In this document: positions 27,714 to 37,070 of the stretch, piece by piece
How positions within the stretch are numbered: the first letter of the stretch is position 1
How the letters are laid out: every line of letters starts with the position of its first letter
DNA from: Nitrospirota bacterium
Lineage (GTDB): Bacteria > Nitrospirota > Thermodesulfovibrionia > Thermodesulfovibrionales > JdFR-85
DNA length: 57,374 nt
NCBI GenBank assembly: GCA_011321725.1
Contig: DROX01000012.1
Location: 1 to 57,374, forward strand
Reading direction: 5' to 3'
Position numbers and translations under genes: made by a program
Notes under the pieces: generated by a model
Told to the model about the DNA's origin: nothing
Database searches by the model: none
Seen by the model: only the letters and a program-made list of their open reading frames with translations

Positions 27714-29147
27714 ATGCTCTTCAGGGAAAGCAGTCTCAGAAAAAAGATCATCCTCGGTTATATTGCAGGGCTTGTAATAATCCTGATCGCAGCCTCCTTT
27801 ATACTGCTCAACCTTGTCTTTATCGAGGAACGGATCAAGTTCTTCTCTGTCATAACAAGGTTTGTTGATACTGTTCTTGAAATAAGAAGGTATGAGAAGA
27901 ACTATTTCCTGTACAAACAGCCTGATGACCTTGAAAGGCTCCAGGAGTATATTGATAATGCCCTTGTTATCCTGAAGAGAAACTACAGCAATTTTGACAT
28001 CATAAGACCCTCTTCACTTGATATCAAGCAAGGAGATGGTAGATCAACCTCTGATATCGCCATTGAGATGATTACCAGATACAAGATACTGATACAGACT
28101 GCTAAGGAAGAGAGGGACGTGGATGATGCATTGCAGGAAGAGGTCAGGAAGACCGGTCATGAACTCACAGAACTGGCTGAAGACCTGTCAAATTCTGAAA
28201 GGGATATCATCAAGAAGACCATTGTATCTACCAAGAGGAGCCTCATACTCTCACTTGTGGTCTTTTTTACAGGTACAGTCTTTATAGGGATCATGGTCTC
28301 AACCCTTGTGATACGGCCACTGAAAGAGCTGGAACAGAGCATGAACAGCATAGCTTCAGGGAGATTTGAGATGCTCCACATTGATTCCCATGACCAGGAG
28401 ATAATATCACTCAAGAAGGCCTTTGAGAGGATGGTAAAGGAGATCTTCTCACAGAGGGACATTATACGTTCTGAAAAGCTCAAATCCCTTGGGACCATGC
28501 TTGCTGGTATCGCACATGAGATAAACAACCCCCTGTCAAATATTTCTACATCAGCCGAGATACTTGAGGAAGAAATCAACGGACTGGACAGTGAATTCAA
28601 AAAGGAGCTGATCCAGCAGATCATTCGTGAGACAGACAGGGCAAGGGACATTGTCAGGTCTGTCCTTGATTATACAAGAGATAGGGAATTCAGGAAGGAG
28701 GAAGTAAGTCTTTCAGAGCTTATATCAAGGACGATGAGGTTTGTCAAGAGTGATATACCTTCCCATGTAACCTTCCATCTGGATATCCCGGAAGGACTGG
28801 TTGTCAGGGTTGACAGGCAGAAACTTCAGCATGCCCTGCTGAACATAATCAAGAATGCAATAGATGCAATGTCAGACATCAACAGGGAGGGTATCCTGGC
28901 AATAAAAGGCTACGAGCTTGGAGATACCCTTGTAAGCATTGAGATATCGGATACAGGAACAGGTATCAGTGATGATAACCTTCACAAGATATTTGATCCC
29001 TTTTTTACAACAAAGGATGTTGGAAAGGGTACAGGGCTTGGCCTCTTTATCAGCCACAACATTATAAGGCAGCACAGGGGCGAAATATCCGTGAAAAGCA
29101 CCCCCGGAAGGGGGACAACCTTTACAATAACACTGCCAAAGGAGTAA
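27714..29147 (+). CDS. Sensor histidine kinase (2 TM flanking a sensor domain of about 140 aa, HAMP, HisKA, HATPase_c), NtrB/AtoS-like partner of the downstream activator
   Basis: H-box GIAHEINNPLS, N-box LLNIIKNAIDAM, and DTGTGI / GTGLGLFIS. It stops 3 nt before the response-regulator gene. Confidence 0.85.
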   Translation: MLFRESSLRKKIILGYIAGLVIILIAASFILLNLVFIEERIKFFSVITRFVDTVLEIRRYEKNYFLYKQPDDLERLQEYIDNALVILKRNYSNFDIIRPSSLDIKQGDGRSTSDIAIEMITRYKILIQTAKEERDVDDALQEEVRKTGHELTELAEDLSNSERDIIKKTIVSTKRSLILSLVVFFTGTVFIGIMVSTLVIRPLKELEQSMNSIASGRFEMLHIDSHDQEIISLKKAFERMVKEIFSQRDIIRSEKLKSLGTMLAGIAHEINNPLSNISTSAEILEEEINGLDSEFKKELIQQIIRETDRARDIVRSVLDYTRDREFRKEEVSLSELISRTMRFVKSDIPSHVTFHLDIPEGLVVRVDRQKLQHALLNIIKNAIDAMSDINREGILAIKGYELGDTLVSIEISDTGTGISDDNLHKIFDPFFTTKDVGKGTGLGLFISHNIIRQHRGEISVKSTPGRGTTFTITLPKE

Positions 29148-29150
29148 GCC

Positions 29151-30509
29151 ATGGACAAGGAGATCAGGATACTCATTGTGGATGACGAAAAGATAACCCT
29201 GAGAAACCTTGAGCATATCCTCAAGAAAGAGGGATACACCGTAAAGACAACAACAAGCGGACAGAATGCCCTGAGGCTATTGAACAGGGAGATATACGAT
29301 TTGGTGCTTACCGACCTTAAGATGGAGCGTGTGGATGGTATGCAGATACTGAAGCGTACAAAAGAAATCAGCCCTGACACAGAGGTAATAATGATCACAG
29401 GTTATGCCACCGTTGAGACAGCCATTGAGGCAATGAGGCATGGTGCGTACCACTATCTTACAAAACCCTTCAAACTGGAGGAGGTAAGAAAGGTAATCAG
29501 GGAGGCATCCGAAAAGATCCTCCTCAAGAAGGAAAATCGTGAACTAAGGGATAAGCTGGGTAGTATCTCAGAGAGGATTATGATCATTACACAGGACCCC
29601 ATGATGCTGAGAATACTTGACACAGCCAGGGAAATTGCACCAACGGATTGTAATGTCCTGATAACCGGTGAGAGTGGTACTGGAAAGGAACTGATTGCCC
29701 GTTATATCCACAGACACAGCAAAAGGGCATCAAAGCCTTTTATTGCTGTTAATTGCGGTGCCTTCAACGAAGAACTGCTTGCAAATGAACTCTTTGGTCA
29801 TGAAAAGGGTGCCTTTACAGGTGCTACACCACTGAAGGAGGGGCTTATTGAGATGGCCTCTGGAGGCACCTTGTTCCTTGATGAGATAACAGAGATGGCA
29901 CCTTCAATGCAGGTAAAACTCCTGAGGGTGATCCAGGAGAGGGAGTTCTACAGGGTTGGCGGCAGGGAACCTGTCAGGGTTGATGTGAGGTTCATCGCAG
30001 CAACAAACCGCGACATACAGGGCGTACTTGAAAGCGGTGAACTGAGGCAGGATCTTTACTACAGGCTCAATGTGGTTACCTTCCACCTGCCTCCGCTGTC
30101 GGAAAGAAAGGGGGATATCCCCCTTCTCTGTTACCACTTCCTCAGAAAATACACCGCACTGATGGGCAAGGAGGTCAGGGAGATATCGGAAGGGGTCATC
30201 AATCTCCTGTCATCCTATACATTTCCGGGTAATATCCGCGAACTGGAAAACATCATAGAAAGGGCAGTGGCCCTTTGCAAGGGTGAAAGCATTGAAACAG
30301 CACATCTGCCCGAGGACCTGAGAGGGTTCACCATCAGGACCTTCAGGACATCAGACGGCAGGATACCTTCACTTGAAGAACACGAAAAGAACTATATCCT
30401 CTGGGTTTTAAATGAAACAGGTGGCAACAAATCAGAGGCAGCAAGGATACTGGGGATTGACAGGGTCTCCCTCTGGAGGAAACTGAAGAGGTTCGGTATA
30501 GAAGATTAG
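29151..30509 (+). CDS. Sigma-54-dependent response regulator (REC-AAA+-HTH, NtrC/AtoC family)
   Basis: REC (ILIVDDE...DLVLTDLKM). AAA+ with Walker A GESGTGKE, the GAFTGA loop (EKGAFTGA) and Walker B LFLDEI. C-terminal Fis-type HTH (AARILGIDRVSLWRKLKRF). Confidence 0.9.
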   Translation: MDKEIRILIVDDEKITLRNLEHILKKEGYTVKTTTSGQNALRLLNREIYDLVLTDLKMERVDGMQILKRTKEISPDTEVIMITGYATVETAIEAMRHGAYHYLTKPFKLEEVRKVIREASEKILLKKENRELRDKLGSISERIMIITQDPMMLRILDTAREIAPTDCNVLITGESGTGKELIARYIHRHSKRASKPFIAVNCGAFNEELLANELFGHEKGAFTGATPLKEGLIEMASGGTLFLDEITEMAPSMQVKLLRVIQEREFYRVGGREPVRVDVRFIAATNRDIQGVLESGELRQDLYYRLNVVTFHLPPLSERKGDIPLLCYHFLRKYTALMGKEVREISEGVINLLSSYTFPGNIRELENIIERAVALCKGESIETAHLPEDLRGFTIRTFRTSDGRIPSLEEHEKNYILWVLNETGGNKSEAARILGIDRVSLWRKLKRFGIED

Positions 30510-30511
30510 TC

Positions 30512-30526
30512 GTTGCAGTTTGCAAC
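30512..30526. promoter_or_regulatory. Palindrome GTTGCA-GTT-TGCAAC, a putative upstream activator site for the NtrC-type regulator
   Basis: Its half-sites and spacing are identical to the palindrome at 27679-27693. It lies 66-80 bp upstream of the -24 element at 30592. Confidence 0.5.
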
Positions 30527-30591
30527 ATTCCAGACCCTTCTCAATCCATCATCTCCCAGCATTATCCTTGAATATCAATGACTAATAAAAC

Positions 30592-30607
30592 TGGCATCCT
30601 CCTTGCT
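30592..30607 (+). promoter_or_regulatory. Sigma-54 (-24/-12) promoter
   Basis: TGGCAT(30592-30597)-N5-TTGCT(30603-30607). The GG-N10-GC spacing is exact. It lies 52 nt upstream of ATG 30659, which has a strong SD (AAGGAGG). Confidence 0.65.
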
Positions 30608-30658
30608 TTATTTTAATTAACAGGTTGTAAAAAGGCAATTCCTTCAAGGAGGTATGAG

Positions 30659-31306
30659 ATGAGAAGATTACTTAAGGATCTTGAAGATTCAATGGCAGCG
30701 GCAGCCTTTGCAGAAGCTGGTGAATTTGAGACCGCCAGAGATATCATGAATGAGATGAGGCTGAGCAAGGAGGAGATCAAGGCGGTGAAGGTGAAGGATG
30801 AACGGGTAGATTCACTGATCAAGAAACATGACAGGACAGAGGAGGCCATTGTCTTTGCCCAGGCAGGTGAACATGAATATGCAAGAGAGCTGATACGTAA
30901 AAGTGCGGAGGAAAGGAAGAAGATACTCGTTGTTGGCGGTGAGGAGGGATTTTCCGAAAAGCTCATACACTATGCCATAAATATGGCAGAGAGGATGAAC
31001 CATGATATAGTGGCCCTGAATGTTGTTCCTGTTGGCAGGAGGCTGCTTTCTTTCCTCAATGAGAAGGTAAAGGATGAACTCAGAAAGAGTGCTGAGAATG
31101 CCGTGGAAACCTTCAAGCTCAGGGCTATGGAGAAAAAGGTAAACTTTGACCATGCGGTGAGCTTCGGGGATTTTGACCGTGCAATCAGGGATGCCCACAG
31201 GGAATACAAGAGGGTATCATTTGTTCTTGCAGAGCCTGAGCAGGTTATAGAGGGTAACAACAAAAAGGCCAGTATCCCTGTCTTCTGTCTGGCACAGGAG
31301 TCCTGA
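30659..31306 (+). CDS. Hypothetical protein: N-terminal duplicated FA[EQ]AGE.E.AR motif plus a C-terminal USP-like alpha/beta domain
   Basis: 215 aa. Repeats AAAAFAEAGEFETARDIM (aa 13-30) and EAIVFAQAGEHEYARELI (aa 62-79). The C-terminal half, KILVVGGEEGFSEKLIHYAINMAERMNHDIVALNV..., resembles universal stress proteins. Confidence 0.5.
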   Translation: MRRLLKDLEDSMAAAAFAEAGEFETARDIMNEMRLSKEEIKAVKVKDERVDSLIKKHDRTEEAIVFAQAGEHEYARELIRKSAEERKKILVVGGEEGFSEKLIHYAINMAERMNHDIVALNVVPVGRRLLSFLNEKVKDELRKSAENAVETFKLRAMEKKVNFDHAVSFGDFDRAIRDAHREYKRVSFVLAEPEQVIEGNNKKASIPVFCLAQES

Positions 31307-31472
31307 GCAATGGGGGCAGGTACATCCTGCCCCTTGCCTGCCTTAAAGGGTTTCTCAAGTTACCGTTTTTTGACCATATTTAAAGATGGTAATCCTGCCG
31401 AGAAAGGGGTTGCCATTTTTATGTAAAGAAAAGAAAGGGATAATCAATCTTTTAAAAAAAGGAGGAAGGTGG

Positions 31473-33275
31473 ATGTTAACGCCTGAGATGATTACTGTTA
31501 TGGCTGTGCTTGTAGCAGCTGTGTTTCTTTTCATAGTTGAATGGGTCAGGGTTGATGTTGTTGCCATCATAGTAATGGTTGCCCTGCCGCTACTGGGGCT
31601 TGTGAGCGGGCAGGAGGCCTTTATGGGACTGAGCAGTAACGCTGTGATCTCAATTATTGCTGTCATTATTATTGGAGCAGGGCTGGACAGGACGGGGATT
31701 ATGAACAAGGTGGCAAAGCCCATTACGAGGCTTGCGGGCAATAGTGAATCAAGGTTGATAACATTCGTATCTGCCACAGTGGCGGTTATATCGTCCTTTA
31801 TGCAGAATATCGGTGCAGTTGCACTGTTCCTGCCTGCCACCCAGAGGGTCTGCAAAAAGGTGGGTATCTCCCCATCAAGGGTGTTGATACCCATGGGGTT
31901 CCTTGGCATAATCGGGGGATGTCTCACCCTTGTGGGTTCCAGCCCCCTTATCCTTCTTAATGATCTTATGGCACCAAAGGGGCTTGAACCCTTCGGACTC
32001 TTTGATGTAACCCCTGTGGGCATCACCCTTGTAGTGGCAGCCCTTGCCTATTTCATCATAATAGGAAGATTTATCCTCCCGAAAGCCGGAGGGACAGAGA
32101 GCAGGCAACTGATAGACTTTGGAAAAATCTATTATACAGCTGATGGACTGTATGAGCTGAGAGTTCCCGAGACCTACAGTGATACAAGGACCCTTGAAGA
32201 GATGAACATAAGGGCAGAGTATCTTGTGACAGTGGTGGCTGTGGCAAAACATCGGGAGGAGAGGAAATACTTTGCGCCAACAAGGAGGATGAAGCTCTCT
32301 CCTGGAGATGATATCGCTGTGCTCGGTCCTGGTGACAATGTCAGGAGGTTTGCCGAGGATCATGGAATGCAGATGAAGGAAAGACTTGAGACATTTGAGG
32401 AGGAACTCTCCTCTTCCAGTGCAGGGCTTGTGGAGGTGATCATTCCTCCCCGTTCCGATCTGGAGGGGAAGTCCCTGAGGGAGATTCATTTCAGGGAGAA
32501 ATACCAGGTGAATCCTGTTGCCATAAGAAGACGTGACAGAATCTACTACGCAGGGCTGTCCGATCTTGTACTCCAATCAGGTGATATCCTTCTTTTACAC
32601 GGGCTCTTTGAGAAGTTTGCCATACTGAAGGATGCCAATGTCTTCACCTTTATAACACCCTTTGAGGCAGAGGTGATGAAGACTCACAAGGCAAAGGCGG
32701 CACTGATCTGCTTTGCCATTGCGCTGGTACTGGTAATCTCCGGAAAGGTCAAGCTCTCTGTGGCACTTATGACAGGTGCACTGGGGATGATCCTTACCGG
32801 TGTGCTCAGTATTGATGAGGCATACCATGCAGTGGACTGGAGGACGGTCTTCCTCCTTGGCGGCCTGATACCACTTGGGGTTGCTGTTGAGAAGACCGGC
32901 ACTGCAGCCTACATTGCAAAGCAGGTACTCAGCCTTCTTGGTGATGTATCACCGGTGATACTGCTGACCGTGATAGGCATCCTAACCTCAATATTCACCC
33001 TTGTGGTATCCAATGTGGGTGCCACTGTACTGCTTGTACCTCTGGCGATTAACATGGCAATGGGTGCGGGGGCAGACCCCCGTATGGCTGCACTCACCGT
33101 TGCGGTGGCTGCATCAAACACATTTGTGCTACCCACACACCAGGTAAATGCATACATTATGGGGCCGGGTGGTTACAGGACAGTGGATTATATAAAGGCA
33201 GGCTCTGTTATGACCATCCTCTACCTTGTTGTAATGATAGGGGCAATGTCAGTGTTTTATGGCCTCTCAGGATGA
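31473..33275 (+). CDS. SLC13/DASS-family anion transporter with two central TrkA-C (RCK_C) domains
   Basis: Hydrophobic N- and C-terminal halves are separated by two roughly 70-aa soluble segments with the RCK_C pattern (..LSPGDDIAVLGPGDNV.. and ..LQSGDILLLHG..). ATG 31473 is preceded by AAAGGAGGAAGGTGG. The upstream extension to 31386 lacks an SD. Confidence 0.8.
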   Translation: MLTPEMITVMAVLVAAVFLFIVEWVRVDVVAIIVMVALPLLGLVSGQEAFMGLSSNAVISIIAVIIIGAGLDRTGIMNKVAKPITRLAGNSESRLITFVSATVAVISSFMQNIGAVALFLPATQRVCKKVGISPSRVLIPMGFLGIIGGCLTLVGSSPLILLNDLMAPKGLEPFGLFDVTPVGITLVVAALAYFIIIGRFILPKAGGTESRQLIDFGKIYYTADGLYELRVPETYSDTRTLEEMNIRAEYLVTVVAVAKHREERKYFAPTRRMKLSPGDDIAVLGPGDNVRRFAEDHGMQMKERLETFEEELSSSSAGLVEVIIPPRSDLEGKSLREIHFREKYQVNPVAIRRRDRIYYAGLSDLVLQSGDILLLHGLFEKFAILKDANVFTFITPFEAEVMKTHKAKAALICFAIALVLVISGKVKLSVALMTGALGMILTGVLSIDEAYHAVDWRTVFLLGGLIPLGVAVEKTGTAAYIAKQVLSLLGDVSPVILLTVIGILTSIFTLVVSNVGATVLLVPLAINMAMGAGADPRMAALTVAVAASNTFVLPTHQVNAYIMGPGGYRTVDYIKAGSVMTILYLVVMIGAMSVFYGLSG

Positions 33276-33276
33276 C

Positions 33277-33304
33277 AGGAAGGGGCAAAGGATTGCCCCT
33301 TCCT
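33277..33304. terminator. Strong hairpin between convergent genes (bidirectional terminator candidate)
   Basis: 12-bp stem aggaaggggcaa(33277-33288) / ttgccccttcct(33293-33304) with a 4-nt loop. It starts 2 nt after the transporter stop. No clear U-tract on either side. Confidence 0.6.
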
Positions 33305-33321
33305 TGAAAACTGATAGATGT

Positions 33322-34158
33322 TCATTTTGCAACGAGCACGGTACAGTGGGCCAGGGCGATAACCCTCTCAGCCACTGACCCCATGAGGACCTTCTTAAGG
33401 CCTGTCCTTCCATGTGTACCAACCACGATAAGATCTGCTTCCTTGACCTGAGCGGTAGTTGTGATTGCCTCATAGGGTGTTCCCTTTACTGATATGGTCT
33501 CCACGGTTAGTCCCTCATTCTCAGCAAGCCTCTTTATCTCCTTGAGGGTTTCCTCTGTCTGTGCAAGCTCATCCTCCTTCTCGGCCACAGAGATTGCCAT
33601 AAGCTCACTGCCACATCTCTTTGCGATGCTGATTGCCTTTCTGGCAGCCTTCTGGCTGTATTCAGAGCCATCTGTGGCTATGAGAATCCTTTTACAACTC
33701 AACCGTCCTGCTCTGGGCACAACAAACACATCACAGGGAGCTGTACCTATAACAAGGGCCGTGACACTGCCCATCATGAGCCTTTTGATGCCGGAGCGAC
33801 CGCGCCTTCCCATGACAATCACATCAGCATCTATCTTCTCTGCCTCTTCCACGATATATCTTGAGGTGTCTTCACCATGTCTTGTGACTATATCACAGGT
33901 GATGCCCTCTTTATTTGCATCCTCCCTTATCTCCTCAAGGTGCTTCTTGGTTGCCTTCTCCATCTGTTCAACAACGGTGGGACCGTATATCTCAAGCTCG
34001 GGGTTAGTCTCCACGACAGACATTACATAGAGGTGGCTGTTACACCACTTTGCGAAATTCAAGGCCTCCCTGACAGCCCCAGAGCTGAACTCTGAGCCAT
34101 CAGAGGCAAGGAGAATCCTTTCCACCTTTGCTATTGGACACACCTCAGAGTTTGTCAT
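33322..34158 (-). CDS. Universal stress protein, tandem USP domains
   Basis: 278 aa. Two copies of the USP pattern ending in ...ADVIVMGRRGRSGIKRLMMGSVT and ...ADLIVVGTHGRTGLKKVLMGSVA. Confidence 0.85.
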   Translation of the reverse strand: MTNSEVCPIAKVERILLASDGSEFSSGAVREALNFAKWCNSHLYVMSVVETNPELEIYGPTVVEQMEKATKKHLEEIREDANKEGITCDIVTRHGEDTSRYIVEEAEKIDADVIVMGRRGRSGIKRLMMGSVTALVIGTAPCDVFVVPRAGRLSCKRILIATDGSEYSQKAARKAISIAKRCGSELMAISVAEKEDELAQTEETLKEIKRLAENEGLTVETISVKGTPYEAITTTAQVKEADLIVVGTHGRTGLKKVLMGSVAERVIALAHCTVLVAK

Positions 34159-34159
34159 A

Positions 34160-34576
34160 TCAATGCCCTCCTCCTGTTATCATTCCGCTTGCTGCAAGTA
34201 TCAACACAGCGATCTGGATCAACAGGATAAGGATATAGTGCGTATCCTTCTTCTTGATGAAAACAGGCAACACCGCGATCATACATACCACAGATGCTGC
34301 AGCAAGCAGCACAATGCCAAGGAAACTTATCACATCGCCATGGTTGAGCAGTGTAATCCATTTCCAGCCCGTGGGCATACCTGTATATTCAACAAATTCA
34401 CTAACCCTCAGGTTCCAGTATTCGGGGATCTTGTTTACAGGCACAATATTCGGCAGGAGACCGAGGACATATACGAAAAAACCCAGTATCAGTATTCCCA
34501 GACCGCCAAGCCCCACCTTCTGTAGTACGGATGCATACTGTAGCTGCTCTTCTGATGGTTTTGTCCCGTTGCTCAT
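34160..34576 (-). CDS. DUF1634-family small membrane protein (typical TauE/SafE companion)
   Basis: 138 aa with predicted TM helices. It lies immediately downstream of the TauE gene (4-nt gap) and 1 nt upstream of the USP gene. Family assignment is by context and pattern. Confidence 0.55.
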   Translation of the reverse strand: MSNGTKPSEEQLQYASVLQKVGLGGLGILILGFFVYVLGLLPNIVPVNKIPEYWNLRVSEFVEYTGMPTGWKWITLLNHGDVISFLGIVLLAAASVVCMIAVLPVFIKKKDTHYILILLIQIAVLILAASGMITGGGH

Positions 34577-34580
34577 TCTA

Positions 34581-35543
34581 TCACCCCCATATCCCTAAAC
34601 CTTTTAGCAATGCCCTGAGGCCGGCAAGAAAGAGGAAGCTCACAACAATCCACTTTACAGCCTTGGGCTTTGCCCTTGCTAATATTTTAACACCAATCCT
34701 CGTTCCTAACATCATACCAGCAACAGAGGGTACCGCGATCATGGGTAGTACAGCACCTTTGTTGACATAGACCCAGGCTGCTGCTGTATCGGTAATGGAG
34801 AGGAGAAAGACACTTGTTGCCACCGATATCTTCAGGGGTGCACCCAGCAGTAGATTCAACACAGGAACATTTGCCCAACCAGCACCCAGGCCAAACATAC
34901 CTGCCATGAATCCAATGCCGGTAAAAAGCAACATACCAAGAGGGGTGCGATGGATCTGCCAGTTGATCTCCTTTCCCTGGGATTCCTCAAAATAGATTCC
35001 CGATATCTTGAGGGCTGTTGAGAGGGCGTCTGCCTTTTTAACCTCCGGAAAGTCAGACCTCTTTGCCGTGGCCATGATGATCACGATCGCTATAATCGTG
35101 GCACCAAGGGCTGTCTGCACCACATTCGTGGGAAGTGCAAGTCCCACCATTGCACCAAATATGGAACATGTTGAGGCAATCAGTGCCATGGGAAGTGCAA
35201 GCCTGAGGTTTGCAAGGCCCCTTCTCAGGAGCCCGGGTCCCGCAGAAAGCGCTCCTGACAGTGCAACCATGAGGCCTGCACCTCTTACAAAGTCAAGATT
35301 GAAGGGGAAAAAGCTGCTCACTATGGGCACGAAAAGCACTCCACCTCCCACCCCTGCCACCACGGCAAGTATACCCAGCAGGAAGGTGAAGACAAAGAGA
35401 ATTATCGGCCACATCCACCATGCAAGGGATGAGCCCTTCTGGGCAACCTCGGAAGCCTCCTCGCAAAACCCTGCTGAAGCGGTTGAAAGAATGAACAGAG
35501 CCAAAGAAATGAAAACAAGGAACCCTCTCCAGGACTTAGACAT
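34581..35543 (-). CDS. TauE/SafE-family sulfite/organosulfonate exporter-like permease (DUF81)
   Basis: 320 aa. It shows the internally duplicated 4-TM pattern with Gly-rich helices (VAGVGGGVLFVP... and GLGAGWANVPVLNLL) and an N-terminal signal-like extension. SD GGAGG lies 8 nt upstream. Confidence 0.8.
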   Translation of the reverse strand: MSKSWRGFLVFISLALFILSTASAGFCEEASEVAQKGSSLAWWMWPIILFVFTFLLGILAVVAGVGGGVLFVPIVSSFFPFNLDFVRGAGLMVALSGALSAGPGLLRRGLANLRLALPMALIASTCSIFGAMVGLALPTNVVQTALGATIIAIVIIMATAKRSDFPEVKKADALSTALKISGIYFEESQGKEINWQIHRTPLGMLLFTGIGFMAGMFGLGAGWANVPVLNLLLGAPLKISVATSVFLLSITDTAAAWVYVNKGAVLPMIAVPSVAGMMLGTRIGVKILARAKPKAVKWIVVSFLFLAGLRALLKGLGIWG

Positions 35544-35695
35544 CTTCAGAGCCTCCTTTTAAAACTATTTAAAGCGTTTAAAATTGCAACAGAAGTGTTT
35601 CAGTAATTAACTGACAGCTATGATAAACCTTTCAAATATCAGGTGTCAACAGAAAACCGATTTTTAATTTTAATAGGATGATAAGATATTAATAT

Positions 35696-37069
35696 CTACA
35701 CCTTGAGGACATAATATCTCAGCCAGACGTAGATCATGGAGAGGATAACTGTAAGAATCATGATTGGCATGCCGTAGAGCATGAATCTTAAGAAGGTGAT
35801 CCTCTTGCCGGCCCTCTCGGCCATGCCCACCACGATAACATTTGCAGAGGCACCGATAGCGGTACCATTACCTCCAAGGCAGGCACCAAGGGCAAGAGAC
35901 CACCACAGGGGCATCAGGGCGGGGTTGTGCAGAAGCTCAACCCCCTTAAGATGAGGCCATAACTGCTGTGCCATATCAATTATGAGGGGGTTCATGGTGG
36001 CAACATAGGGGATGTTGTCAACAAAGGCGGATGCAAAGGCCGAGAACCACATCACCAGCATGCTTGTGGCAAACATGTTCCCATGGGTAATGGCCAGTAC
36101 CTTCATGGACATCCATTTTATCAGGCCCACCTTTACCACTCCACCTATGATAATGAACAGCCCCATAAAGAAGAATATGGTCGGCCACTCCACCTCTGCA
36201 AGATAGTGGTGAGGGTCGTGTGTACCTGAAAGCAGAAGCAGTAGCCCTGCACCAAAGAGGGCAACCGTGGCAGGTTCATAGCCTAACATCCCGTGGAAGA
36301 CAAAACCAAGTATGACAATCCCGAGCACAAAGAGGGATTTCTTCAGCATCACTGGATCCTTGATAGCCTCACGTTCGTTCATCTCAAGGACACGTTTCTT
36401 GAGCTCTGGTTTTACCTGGAGGCGTTTACCGAATACAAACTTGAGCACTATCAGGAAGATTACCATTATCACTATGATTGCCGGGGTCAGGTGTATAATA
36501 AAGTCTATAAAGTTCAGTTTTGCCTTTGAAGCGATCATGATATTTGGGGGGTCACCTATGAGGGTGGCTGTTCCACCAATGTTTGAGGCAAGTGCCTCTG
36601 TTATAAGGTATGGTATGGGGTCAACCTCAAGGGCATCTGCAATAAGCAGGGTGACAGGTGCGAGCAGAAGCACTGTGGTTACATTATCAAGAAGAGCACT
36701 GAGCACCGCTGTTACAACGGCAAATATTGCCATTATCCTGAAGGGCTCCCCCTTGCCCCATTTGGCACTTTTAATGGCAATGTATTCAAAGAAACCCGTT
36801 GGACGCATGAGGTTTATTATGGTCATCATGGAGATCAGGAGAAATATAACATTCCAGTCCACACCAAGCTCTTCCACATGGAATGCCTCTCGCTGCTCAA
36901 GTATCTTGAGCACCAGCATCAAGGCAGCTCCCACAATTGCCACGATGGTCTTGTGAATCTTTTCAGAGACTATGATTGCATAGGCAAGTAGGAAGATCGC
37001 CGTTGCTGTCCAGAATGTCCCGTTCATTACCACCTGCTGGGTGGCCTCTGCAACTGACTCCTGTGACAT
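35696..37069 (-). CDS. ArsB/NhaD-superfamily permease (YbiR/P-protein-like anion transporter), copy 1
   Basis: Polytopic, with the motifs LDNVTTVLL and GGTATLIGDPPNIMI. The track start (TTG 37087) overlaps the CBS gene. ATG 37069 has GGAGG 6 nt upstream and begins 1 nt after the CBS stop, so it is preferred. Confidence 0.8.
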   Translation of the reverse strand: MSQESVAEATQQVVMNGTFWTATAIFLLAYAIIVSEKIHKTIVAIVGAALMLVLKILEQREAFHVEELGVDWNVIFLLISMMTIINLMRPTGFFEYIAIKSAKWGKGEPFRIMAIFAVVTAVLSALLDNVTTVLLLAPVTLLIADALEVDPIPYLITEALASNIGGTATLIGDPPNIMIASKAKLNFIDFIIHLTPAIIVIMVIFLIVLKFVFGKRLQVKPELKKRVLEMNEREAIKDPVMLKKSLFVLGIVILGFVFHGMLGYEPATVALFGAGLLLLLSGTHDPHHYLAEVEWPTIFFFMGLFIIIGGVVKVGLIKWMSMKVLAITHGNMFATSMLVMWFSAFASAFVDNIPYVATMNPLIIDMAQQLWPHLKGVELLHNPALMPLWWSLALGACLGGNGTAIGASANVIVVGMAERAGKRITFLRFMLYGMPIMILTVILSMIYVWLRYYVLKV

Positions 37070-37070
37070 C

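Noticed and set aside
31313-31333. Hairpin ggggcagg-tacat-cctgcccc between the USP-like gene and the DASS transporter, as a terminator or attenuator
   Set aside because: The stem is only 8 bp and has no downstream U-tract (ttgcctgcc). I found no separate promoter for the transporter, so read-through from the sigma-54 promoter seems more likely. Left unannotated.
31386-31472. N-terminal 29-codon extension of the DASS transporter ORF
   Set aside because: There is no SD before ATG 31386, whereas ATG 31473 is preceded by AAAGGAGGAAGGTGG. The family N-terminus begins with the first TM helix at MLTPEMITVMAVLV.
31355-32026. 223-aa minus-strand ORF opposite the DASS transporter. Similar antisense ORFs occur at 36312-36956, 40521-40895, 24369-24959, 25572-26213, 13954-14517, 28157-28651, 43387-43863 and 50511-50933.
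   Set aside because: All lie inside and opposite genes with clear family motifs. They have biased low-complexity composition and lack ribosome-binding sites. I treat them collectively as codon-bias artefacts. Only ribosome profiling could overturn this.
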